Assembly (NCBI GenBank): GCA_963755025.1 | Contig: CAVWIH010000014.1 | Location: forward strand, 192,001-256,000 | DNA: 64,000 nucleotides | Reading direction: 5' to 3' | DNA from: an uncultured Actinomycetes bacterium | GTDB taxonomy: Bacteria; Actinomycetota; Thermoleophilia; UBA2241 | In this document: positions 32,481 to 41,132 of the stretch, in pieces | How the letters are laid out: each line of letters begins with the position of its first letter | How positions within the stretch are numbered: position 1 is the first letter of the stretch | Made by a program: the position numbers and the translations under genes | Notes under the pieces: model-generated | What the model saw: only the letters and a program-made list of their open reading frames with translations | The model's database searches: none | Told to the model about the DNA's origin: nothing

Positions 32481-34695
32481 TTAGACTTGCGGAGCCTCGA
32501 CCGGTGCGGCCGCGGGGTCCTCGAGCTCGACGGCAGGCTCGGCGTCGTCGGGCTCGTCGGGCTCGACCGAGAGGTGCGGCAGCCAGCGGTCGAGCCACGA
32601 CGGCAGCCACCAGTTGCGGCGCCCGAAGAGGTGCATCGGCCGACGGCACGAGCACGGTACGTATGACCAGGGCGTCGAGGAAGACCGCCGCGGCGAGGCC
32701 TATGCCGAACTCGGCGATGATGCGCTGCCCACCCAGCACGAACGCCAGGAAGACGCAGATCATGATGGCCGCGGCGGCGGTGATGACGCGCCCGGTAGTC
32801 GCCTGCCCGATCGTCACCGCGCGCTCGTTGTCGCCGGTGTGCACCCACTCTTCGTGCATGCGGCTCACCAGAAAGACCTGGTAGTCCATCGACAGGCCAA
32901 AGAGGATGGCCAGCATGATCACCGGCAGGAACGCTTCGACCGGCCCCGGCTTGCCCAGGCCCAGGAGCTTCGCCCCCCAGCCCCACTGGAAGAAGATGAC
33001 GAGCACGCCGAACGACGCGCCCGCGGCCAGCAGGTTCATGACGGCCGCGGTGGCCGGCACGAGCAGGCAGCGGAAGGCCACCAGCAGCAGCAGGAACCCG
33101 AGCCCCACGATCACCGTGATGAAGAGCGGCATCTTCGAGCTGATGATGCTGGCGAAGTCGTCGAAGATCGCGGTGCTGCCGCCGACGTAGACGTGCAGCG
33201 TGGTGCCCGCTTCGACGGGCGGTATGACGTCGTTGCGCAGGTGCTTGATCAGCTGCGACGTCCTGACGTCTTGCGGCGCCGTCGTGGGGAACACCTCGAC
33301 CACCATCACCTTGGCGCCGGGCTTGCCGGGCAGGGGCGCCACCGCGGCGACGCCCGGCATGGTGGAGAGGGTCTTTTCGAGGCGCCCGAGGGCCGCCTGG
33401 TCGCTGGATGAGCCGGTCTGGGCCACCAGCACCAGCGGGCCGTTGAAGCCCGGCCCGAACCCCGACGCGAGCATGTCGTAAGCCTTGCGCGCCGTCGTGC
33501 CGGCCTTGTCGTTGCCGGCGTCGGACAGGCCGAGGCGCAGCGAAAAGTAGGGGACGGCCAGCAGGCACAGCACCGCCGCCGCCGCGACCAGCAGCACGAC
33601 CGGGCGGCGCGCCACGAAGCGCGACCAGCGCGCCCAGAAGCCGATGCTGTGGCTGTCGCGCGCGCCGTGATCGTCTAAGTGCTGGCGCTCGCGGCGGCTC
33701 AGCACGCGCACGCCCATGAAGCCGAACAGCGCCGGCAACAGGGTCATGGCGGCGGCCATCGCCACGAGCACGGTGCCGGCCGAGGTGATGCTCAGGCCGT
33801 TCAGGAACGCCATGTGCAGCACGAGCAGGCCGAGCAGGGCGATGCACACGGTGCCGCCGGCGAACATCACGGCGCGCCCGGCCGTGTTCAGGGCGCGCAC
33901 CGTGGCGTCTTCGGGCGACAGGCCGGCCTTGAGGCCCTCCCGGTAGCGGGTGACGATGAAGAGCGCGTAGTCGATGCCGACGCCCAGGCCGATCAGGGCG
34001 GCCAGGGTGGGGGCGATGACGGCGACGCTCGCCACGTGGCTGAACAGGCCGATCCCGAAGATCGCCGTGCCGAGCGCCACGATGGCCGTGATGAGCGGCA
34101 GCGCCATGCCCAGCAGCGAGCCGAAGGCGATGAGGATGATGATGCCGGCGGCGACCACGCCGATCGCCTCGCTGTTGGAAGGCGGCGTCATGGTGGCCTG
34201 CTCGATGGCCTGGCCGCCGATCGCCACCTCGAGGCCCGGCTTGCCGGCCGCCTTGGTGAGGGCGATGACGTGCTCGACGTCGGGTTTGGGCAGCTGGTTG
34301 GCGAGCTTCGTGAAGAGCACCGCGGCGAAGGCGGTCTTGCCGTCGCGGCTGATCTGGGCGGCGCCCGCGGGCGAGTAGGGGCTGACGACCGCCGCGACCG
34401 ACTTCGACTTGGCGACCAGCTGCAGCAGGGCGCTGATGCGGGTGCGCACGGCCGGCGCGTCGATCGAGCCGCTCGACACGTGCCAGACGATCGAGTCGGA
34501 GTCGCCGGACTGTTTGGGCAGAGCGACGCTCAGCAGGTTGAGCGCCTTGGCGGACTGCGTGCCGGGCAGCGCGAAGTTGTTCGAGTAGGCGTTGCCCACG
34601 GTACGATCGACGCCGACCACCGTCGCCAGGATGACGATCCAGGCGATCACGACGATGAGGCGATGCCGGTAGCACCAGCGGGCGAACGAGGCCAT
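32481..34695 (-). CDS. MMPL/RND family transporter; frameshift near 32640
   Basis: [50 protein letters not shown]; shifted C-terminus [20 protein letters not shown] ending at TAA 32481-32483. Confidence 0.93.
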
Positions 34696-34770
34696 AGTCA
34701 ACTCCTGCTGTTGGTGGGTCTGGGTGGGCGGATAGGTTTACGACGGCAAGGCACCATACCATTATCGGCG

Positions 34771-34835
34771 GTAAGGTCGCCGTAAAGGAGTTTGGGCCCG
34801 GCAGTTGCGGCCGGCAGGCCTTACGCGCCCCTTAC
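34771..34835. promoter_or_regulatory. Two divergent OmpR-type direct-repeat boxes (CCTTAC-N5-CCTTAC)
   Basis: - strand CTTTAC-N5-CCTTAC (34787-34771) facing mmpL; + strand CCTTAC-N5-CCTTAC (34819-34835) facing the response regulator. Confidence 0.65.
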
Positions 34836-34911
34836 GGGCCGTCGGCGAGAATGGCCTGAGACGTGGCAAGCGGCCCGGCGAAGCGCCGGCCGCCGCCGGC
34901 AAGGAGCGCCC

Positions 34912-35565
34912 GTGCGCGTGCTGATCATCGAAGACGAAGAGGCGCTGGCGTCGGCGATCGCCCGCGGCCTGCGGCGCGAGGGCATGGCGGTCGACGTGGC
35001 GCTCGACGGCGCCGGCGGCCTCGAGAAGGCGCTCATCAACGCCTACGACGTCGTCGTGCTCGACCGCAACCTGCCGGGACTGCACGGCGACGAGGTCTGC
35101 CGGCGCCTGGCCGCGGCCCCGTCCCAGGCGCGCATCCTCATGCTCACCGCGGCTCGCGGCCTGCACGACAAGGTCGCCGGCCTCAACCTCGGCGCCGACG
35201 ACTACCTCGGCAAGCCGTTCGCCTTTGAGGAGCTCGTCGCCCGGCTGCACGCCCTCTCGCGGCGCACGGGGCCGCCGCGCCCGCCGGTGCTGCATCGCCG
35301 CGACCTCGAGCTCGACCCCGCCAGCCGGCGCGCCTGGCGCCGGCGCCGCGAGCTCGAGCTCACCAACAAGGAGTTCGGCGTGCTCGAGGCGCTCCTCGCG
35401 GCCGATGGCGCGGTCGTGTCCGGCGAGGAGCTGCTCGAGAAGGTCTGGGACGAGAACACCGATCCGTTCTCGAACGTGGTGCGCGTCACGATCATGACGC
35501 TGCGCAAGAAGCTCGGCGAGCCGCCCCTCATAGAGACCCTCGCGGGCGCGGGGTATCGGCTGTGA
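34912..35565 (+). CDS. OmpR/PhoB family response regulator (CutR-like)
   Basis: VLIIEDE, VVLDRNLPG, MLTA, GADDYLGKPF, LTNKEF, LRKKLG...GAGY. Confidence 0.95.
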   Translation: MRVLIIEDEEALASAIARGLRREGMAVDVALDGAGGLEKALINAYDVVVLDRNLPGLHGDEVCRRLAAAPSQARILMLTAARGLHDKVAGLNLGADDYLGKPFAFEELVARLHALSRRTGPPRPPVLHRRDLELDPASRRAWRRRRELELTNKEFGVLEALLAADGAVVSGEELLEKVWDENTDPFSNVVRVTIMTLRKKLGEPPLIETLAGAGYRL

Positions 35566-35593
35566 GGCGACGCCCAGGCCCCGGCGCTGCGCC

Positions 35594-36847
35594 GTGGCGG
35601 CTACTGCTCGCGGCACGCCGGCCGTGAGGCGACGGACCATCAGCCTGCGCCTGCGGCTCACCCTGTCGTACGGCGGCGTGTTCTTCGCGGTCGGCTTTCT
35701 GCTCGTGGCCGTGAGCTACGTGCTCATCCGCCAAGTGCTCGTGCACAACCCCGGCGAGTTCCTGGGCCGTGTCGCCGAGCATCTCGGCCTGTCGCCTGCC
35801 TTTCTCGCCTCGCGCATGCCCTCGCCGTCGGGCGGGCAGGAGACCGTGGCGGCCTTCATGCGCACCGTCCAGGACCAGGTCGTGTCGCAGCTGTCTCACG
35901 GCCTCACCTTCGTGTCGTTCATCGCCCTGGCCGTCGCCGCGATGCTCTCGGTGGCCCTGGGCTGGCTGATCGCCGGCCGCATGCTGCGCCCTCTGCAGGA
36001 GATCGCCGTGGCCGCCCGGCGCGCGTCGGCGAGCACCCTGCACGAGCGCATCGCCATGCAGGGCCCGAGCGACGAGCTGCGCGAGCTGGCCGACACCTTC
36101 GACGGCATGCTGGCGCGGCTCGAGGCGGCCTTCGAAGCGCAGCGCGACTTCGTCGCCAACGCCTCGCACGAGCTGCGCACGCCGCTCGCCATCATGCGCA
36201 CCGAGGTCGACGTCACCCTGGCCGACTCCCGGGCAAGCGGGGCCGAGCTGCGCCGCATGGCCGAGACGGTGCGCAGCGCGGTGGCGCGCAGCGAAGACGT
36301 CATCGACCGGCTCCTGGTGCTGGCCGAGAGCGAGCAGCTCACCGACACGCACGCGGTCGCTCTCGACGAGCTCACCGCCGTCGTGATCGCCCGCCGCACG
36401 CCGGCCGCGCGGGCGCGAGGACTGTCGTTTGCCGCCGACCTGGGGCCCGCCCCGGTGCGCGGCGACGCCGCCCTGCTCGAACGCCTCGTCGACAACCTGA
36501 TCGACAACGCGGTGCGCTACGCGAGCGCCGACAGCGTCGTCACCATCGCCGTGGGCGCCGACCCCGGCGGCGTGACGCTGCGCGTCGCCAACTCAGGCGA
36601 GGTGATCGCGCCCGACGAGCTCTCCCACCTCTTCGAGCGCTTCTACCGGCGTGGCACGTCGCGCAGCCGCAACGACGGCGGCGCCGGGCTGGGCCTGGCG
36701 ATCGTCGCGGCGGTGGCCGAAGCCCACGGCGGGACGGCGACGGCCGCGGGGCCGGGCGGCGGCGGCCTCACCGTCACGGTCACGCTGCCCGCGGCGGCAA
36801 GACCTGCGCCCACGGCGGCCGGAGCAGGGACTGCCTCAGGTAACTGA
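35594..36847 (+). CDS. HAMP sensor histidine kinase
   Basis: Two TM segments, HAMP, FVANASHELRTPL, NLIDNAVRY, FERFYR, GAGLGLAI. Confidence 0.95.
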   Translation: MAATARGTPAVRRRTISLRLRLTLSYGGVFFAVGFLLVAVSYVLIRQVLVHNPGEFLGRVAEHLGLSPAFLASRMPSPSGGQETVAAFMRTVQDQVVSQLSHGLTFVSFIALAVAAMLSVALGWLIAGRMLRPLQEIAVAARRASASTLHERIAMQGPSDELRELADTFDGMLARLEAAFEAQRDFVANASHELRTPLAIMRTEVDVTLADSRASGAELRRMAETVRSAVARSEDVIDRLLVLAESEQLTDTHAVALDELTAVVIARRTPAARARGLSFAADLGPAPVRGDAALLERLVDNLIDNAVRYASADSVVTIAVGADPGGVTLRVANSGEVIAPDELSHLFERFYRRGTSRSRNDGGAGLGLAIVAAVAEAHGGTATAAGPGGGGLTVTVTLPAAARPAPTAAGAGTASGN

Positions 36848-36854
36848 TTTCATA

Positions 36855-36891
36855 GGCAACCATCGTGAGTATGATAGTTGCCGACGCAACT
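36855..36891. promoter_or_regulatory. Palindromic putative repressor operator (MarR-like) upstream of the DUF5996-dioxygenase pair
   Basis: AGTTGC-CGAC-GCAACT (36876-36891); GGCAACCATC...GATAGTTGCC. Confidence 0.55.
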
Positions 36892-36945
36892 TGGGTAGAA
36901 CCATGGCGAGCAGTCGGTTCAAACGAGACCCCAAGGAGGCCCCCC

Positions 36946-37878
36946 ATGGCCGCACCTTCCGATACCTGGCCCGAGCTTCGCTACGACCAGTTCAAAGACA
37001 CCAGAGACACCCTCCACATGTACGCGCAGATCGTGGGCAAGCTGCGCCTGATGTTCACGCCGCCGCTCTCCCAGTGGGCCCATTCGCCGCTGCGACTCAG
37101 CGTCGACGGCCTGGCGACCGGCCCGCTCTGGGTGGGCGACGGCGTGCTGTCCGCCGACCTCGACCTCGTACGCCACGAAGCGCGCTTCGAGCGCAGCGAC
37201 GGTCGCCGCGTCGCCGTGCCGCTCGGCCGGGGCACCGTCGCCGACTTCTTCGGCGCCGTGCGCGGCGCCCTCGACGAGCTCGGTGTCGAGGCGACGTTCA
37301 ACACGATGCCGCAGGAGATCCCCGACCCGATCGCCTTCGACAAGGACACTACGCACGGCGCCTACGACCCGGAGCAGGCCAACCGCCTGTATCAGGCCTT
37401 CATCCGCATAGGCTCCGTCTACGAGCAGGCGCAGAGCGGCTACTGGGGCAAGCAGACGCCCGTGAGCCTCTACTGGGGCGGCTTCGACTTGGCCTTCACG
37501 CGCTACTCGGGCCGCCCGCTGCAGGCTCCCGAGGGCCTGCCGCAGATCATGACGGGCTCGCTCGACGCCGAGCTCTCCAACATCAGCTTCTACCCCGTCT
37601 TCGGGCCCGAGTCGCGACCGACGTTCCTGGCCGCCGGCTTTCCGCCGCCGCAGGGCATGGCGTCGGCCCGCGTGAGCCCCGCGCAGGCGCGCTACACCGA
37701 GGTGCCGGGCATGGGCGGCATGTTCGCGCTCGCCTACGACGACGTGCGCACCGCGCCCGACCCGCGCGCCGCCCTGCTCGAGTTCTGCCACAGCAGCTAC
37801 GAGGCCATCGCCACGCTCGGCGGCTGGGACCGCGAGCTGCTCGAGCGCAGGCCACCCAGCGTACGCAAGGCAGCCTAG
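36946..37878 (+). CDS. DUF5996 family protein
   Basis: WPEL...DTLHMYAQIVGKLRL, GKQTPVSLYWGGFDLAFTRYSGR, EFCHSSYE...LGGWD. Confidence 0.8.
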   Translation: MAAPSDTWPELRYDQFKDTRDTLHMYAQIVGKLRLMFTPPLSQWAHSPLRLSVDGLATGPLWVGDGVLSADLDLVRHEARFERSDGRRVAVPLGRGTVADFFGAVRGALDELGVEATFNTMPQEIPDPIAFDKDTTHGAYDPEQANRLYQAFIRIGSVYEQAQSGYWGKQTPVSLYWGGFDLAFTRYSGRPLQAPEGLPQIMTGSLDAELSNISFYPVFGPESRPTFLAAGFPPPQGMASARVSPAQARYTEVPGMGGMFALAYDDVRTAPDPRAALLEFCHSSYEAIATLGGWDRELLERRPPSVRKAA

Positions 37879-37908
37879 CCGCTCTCGCACGCCGGCCACC
37901 CAGAGACC

Positions 37909-38787
37909 ATGGAGGGACAGATCGTGGACGAGGAACTGAAACCGGCCGCACCGGCGCCGACGGCCGACCTGGCCGCGGCCGCGGCGGCGGTCGCGCGGCG
38001 CGCCGGCGAGGCCCAGGTAGAGGGCCGCATGCCGGCCATCTACCTGGGGCACGGCGCGCCGCCCCTGGTCGACGACGCCCTCTGGGTGGCCGAGCTTGCC
38101 GCCTGGGCAGGCGCCCTGCCGCGCCCGACGGCCATCCTCATGGTCTCGGCGCACTGGGAGGCCGCGCCCATCACCCTGGGACCGACCGACGACGGCGTGC
38201 CGCTCGTCTACGATTTCTACGGCTTTCCCGAGCGCTACTACGAGGCGCGCTACCCGGCGCCGGCGGCGCCCGCCCTGGCCGCCCGGGTACGCGCCCTGCT
38301 GGGCGACGGACCCGTCGCCCAGCACCCGGCCCGCGGCCTCGACCACGGCGCCTACGTGCCGCTGCTCGTCATGTATCCGCAGGCCGACGTGCCGGTGCTG
38401 CAGGTCTCGCTGCCCACGCTCGAGCCGCACCGCCTGCTCGCGCTCGGCGCCCGTCTCGCGCCGCTGCGCGACGAAGGCGTGCTGCTGATCGGCAGCGGCT
38501 TTCTCACGCACGGCCTGCCGTTCCTGCGCGACTTTCGCACCGACGCGCCGCCGCCGGCCTGGTCGAGCGAGTTCGACGCCTGGGCGGCCGCGGCGCTGGC
38601 GGCCGGCGACCTCGACGCGCTGGCCGGGTTTCGCGAGGCGCCGGGCGGGCGCTACGCGCACCCCAGCGTCGAGCACTTCGTGCCGCTGTTCGTCACGCTC
38701 GGGGCCGGCGGCGCCGCGACGGCTCCCGCCACGCCCATCGAGGGCTACTACCTGGGCCTCTCGAAGCGCTCCGTGCAGATCGCCTGA
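37909..38787 (+). CDS. DODA-type (LigB family) extradiol ring-cleavage dioxygenase
   Basis: YLGHGAP, VSAHWE, YDFYGFP, RGLDHGAYVPL, GSGFLTH, AHPSVEHFVPL. Confidence 0.92.
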   Translation: MEGQIVDEELKPAAPAPTADLAAAAAAVARRAGEAQVEGRMPAIYLGHGAPPLVDDALWVAELAAWAGALPRPTAILMVSAHWEAAPITLGPTDDGVPLVYDFYGFPERYYEARYPAPAAPALAARVRALLGDGPVAQHPARGLDHGAYVPLLVMYPQADVPVLQVSLPTLEPHRLLALGARLAPLRDEGVLLIGSGFLTHGLPFLRDFRTDAPPPAWSSEFDAWAAAALAAGDLDALAGFREAPGGRYAHPSVEHFVPLFVTLGAGGAATAPATPIEGYYLGLSKRSVQIA

Positions 38788-38845
38788 GCGCTCGGCCCGA
38801 CTCGGTCGCGCGCCCGGCGCCGCCGATCGACTGCGTCGTCGCCGC

Positions 38846-39164
38846 TCAGGCGCGCGTGACCACGTCGCGCGCCTGGTCGCGCTCCTCGCGGCAGGCGGAG
38901 CACACGCCGAAGACCTCGACGGCGTGACTCACGTCGCTGTAGCCCAGCGACGCCGCCACGTGGTCGGCCCACTCCGAGAGCTCGGGGCACTCGGTCTCGG
39001 CGCTGCGCCCGCAGAGCCGGCAGACGATGTGGTGGTGGTGGTGGTGGGCGTCGCTCGCGCAGTAGCGGTAGCGCACGTCGCCTTCGGCCTGGCGCGCGGC
39101 CGCCCGTCTGGCTCGTGGCGCCGGCCCGCGGCCGGCCCCCGTGTGAGTGATGCAGTAGGTGCAT
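38846..39164 (-). pseudogene. Fur/Zur family regulator with the DNA-binding domain missing and a frame break
   Basis: C-terminal YRYCASDAHHHHHHIVCRLCG...HAVEVFGVCSAC is intact. N-terminal MHLLHHSHGGRPRAGATSQ is in another frame, with no winged helix between them. Confidence 0.8.
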
Positions 39165-39169
39165 GGCGA

Positions 39170-39188
39170 AATGATAACCGTTTTCAGC
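39170..39188. promoter_or_regulatory. Zur/Fur-type box overlapping the -10 of a leaderless promoter
   Basis: TGATAA-CCG-TTTTCA (39172-39186) resembles the actinobacterial Zur box TGAAAA-N3-TTTTCA. On the - strand TATCAT lies 6 nt before the ATG. Confidence 0.7.
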
Positions 39189-39332
39189 AACCGCGACACA
39201 TCGTCCCCTCGGGCCGCGACACGACCGGGCGGCGTGAGAACGCCATGGCCCGGGAAGATTCGGCGAGCCGTTCCCGCGTGACGCGGGATCTGCCGGCGGG
39301 TGCACCTGCCGTGCAGCAAAGGGAGTGTGACC

Positions 39333-40118
39333 ATGCCAGTCGCGATTAGGGCGATCGGGGCGCCGTCCATCGGCGAGGCGCGCGCCGAGCTGCTGGCCTT
39401 CACCGTCGGCCTGCTGGTGACCTTTCTCGCGGTGCGCGTGAACACGCGCCTGATCAGGGCGAAGGTCTCGTGGTGGTTCCACGACATCACCCCCGGCGGC
39501 ACCCACATCCACCACATGGTCTTCGGGGTGATCATCATGGTGGCCGCGGGCCTCACCACGTTCGGCCTCGGCCCGGCGGGTCTGACCCTGCAGATCCTCG
39601 CCTTCATCTTCGGCGCCGGGACGGCGCTCACCCTCGACGAGTTCGCGCTCATCCTGCACCTGCAAGACGTCTACTGGCTCGAAGAGGGCCGCGTGTCGGT
39701 CGACGCGGTCGTCGTCGTGACCGCCGCCGGCGCGCTGTCGTTGCTGGTCGGCCCGCCGCTCGTAGGCTCCGACGTGGGCCGCTCTTCGCTCTGGTCGCTC
39801 ACCATCCTGGTGATCGTCAACCTGGGCTGCGCCGTGATCGCCGTCGCCAAAGGCAAGCTCTGGACCGGGTTCATCGGCGTCTGGGTGCCCTTCGTCGCCT
39901 GGATCGGGGCCGTGCGGCTGGCGCGCCCCACCTCGCCGTGGGCGCGCAAGCGCTACGCGAGCCGTCCCCACAAGCTGGCCCGCGCCCAGGCCCGCGAGGA
40001 CCGGCGACACGGCCGCCCGAGCAGGTTCAGGGACTGGTCGTACGACCTGATCGCCGGCAGGCCGTCGCTGCCGCCGGTCGGCGCCGACTCCAAGGAGCGC
40101 CGCGACCGGGAGGACTGA
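39333..40118 (+). CDS. Conserved actinobacterial integral membrane protein (HIHH motif)
   Basis: GGTHIHHMVFG, LTLDEFALILHLQDVYW..EGR.SVDA, AVRLARP.SPWA; about 6 TM segments. Confidence 0.8.
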   Translation: MPVAIRAIGAPSIGEARAELLAFTVGLLVTFLAVRVNTRLIRAKVSWWFHDITPGGTHIHHMVFGVIIMVAAGLTTFGLGPAGLTLQILAFIFGAGTALTLDEFALILHLQDVYWLEEGRVSVDAVVVVTAAGALSLLVGPPLVGSDVGRSSLWSLTILVIVNLGCAVIAVAKGKLWTGFIGVWVPFVAWIGAVRLARPTSPWARKRYASRPHKLARAQAREDRRHGRPSRFRDWSYDLIAGRPSLPPVGADSKERRDRED

Positions 40119-40130
40119 GCCCCGGGTGCT

Positions 40131-40898
40131 TTAGGCCAGGCCCTGGGCTTCGAGCCAGGCGATGCTGGCGAGCGCGGGGGGTTCGTCGAGGTGCTCGAGG
40201 ATCACCGTGGCGCCGGCGGCGCGGGCCACCGCCAGCACGGGAGCCGCTTCGACCACGCCCTCGCCCAGCGGGCGGTGCGGGTCGTCGGTGTCGGTCGGCC
40301 CGAAGTTGCTGTGCAGGTGCACGTGCGCGAGGCGCGCCTGAGGATCGGTGAGAAAGGCGTCGAGCGTGCCGCTGATGGCCGCGTGGCCGCAGTCGAGCAC
40401 GAAGCCGAGCTCGCCGAGCTCGAGATCGCCGGGCGCCGTGAAATGCGATGAACCCACGCCCGGCATGTTCTCCATGGCGATGGGCACGCCGAGCTCGCGC
40501 TGCAGGTCGGCCAGGTCGGCGATGGTGCGTTGCAGCGCGTCGACGGCCGCCTGGTCGCGCGGCCCCGGCGGCTCGATGTAGTCGGGGTGAGCGACGTAGA
40601 GCAGCGCGCCGATCTCGGCGGCGGCCTCGATGTGGCGGCGGTGCAGCGCCACCGCCTGCCGGCGCACCGCTTCGTCGGGGCTGCCGGGCTGGATGTCGAA
40701 GCCGTAGGGGCCGTGCACGGTGAGGCGCAGGCCGCTCTCGACGGCGTCGCGGCGATTGCGCGGCGAGAGCACCGTGTGCATGCCGAACGAGTCGATCTCG
40801 ACGAGGCTGGTGAGCGGCGCGAGGCGCTCGAACAGCTCGACGAGCGGCAGCTCGGGGCAGATCTGGCTCGGCAGGCCGATGTCGGGCGGAAGACCCAT
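40131..40898 (-). CDS. Sugar phosphate isomerase/epimerase (AP endonuclease 2-type TIM barrel)
   Basis: TVHGP, VAHP, MENMP, LDCGHA, HVHLHSN, DPH, ILEH. Confidence 0.85.
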   Translation of the reverse strand: MGLPPDIGLPSQICPELPLVELFERLAPLTSLVEIDSFGMHTVLSPRNRRDAVESGLRLTVHGPYGFDIQPGSPDEAVRRQAVALHRRHIEAAAEIGALLYVAHPDYIEPPGPRDQAAVDALQRTIADLADLQRELGVPIAMENMPGVGSSHFTAPGDLELGELGFVLDCGHAAISGTLDAFLTDPQARLAHVHLHSNFGPTDTDDPHRPLGEGVVEAAPVLAVARAAGATVILEHLDEPPALASIAWLEAQGLA

Positions 40899-41048
40899 GA
40901 GCAAAGCATAGCCGCCGGCAACGGTCGCCGTCACGCCGGACTGGACCCGCGAACCTTGGTTGCCGGGCCCTCCCAGGGAGTCTCGCCTGTTCCCCGTTCA
41001 GCGCCGGCGGCGCAGACTGGCCGTCGGCAGCCTCGATCTGCAGGGCCG

Positions 41049-41098
41049 GCCGGCAAAGAGGGCGGGTGGCCTAGTGGCCACCCGCCCTCTTTGCCGGC
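41049..41098. terminator. Perfect 23-bp hairpin, probable terminator of the pilin operon
   Basis: gccggcaaagagggcgggtggcc-tagt-ggccacccgccctctttgccggc. Confidence 0.8.
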
Positions 41099-41132
41099 GA
41101 CCAGAGCGCGCCGCAGCGATGTACCCCCAGCG

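Noticed and set aside
31762-34701. Apparent MMPL-ABC ATPase fusion (979-aa ORF)
   Set aside because: Two single-base shifts (about 32640 and 32170) join separate genes; MMPL has its own stop at 32481.
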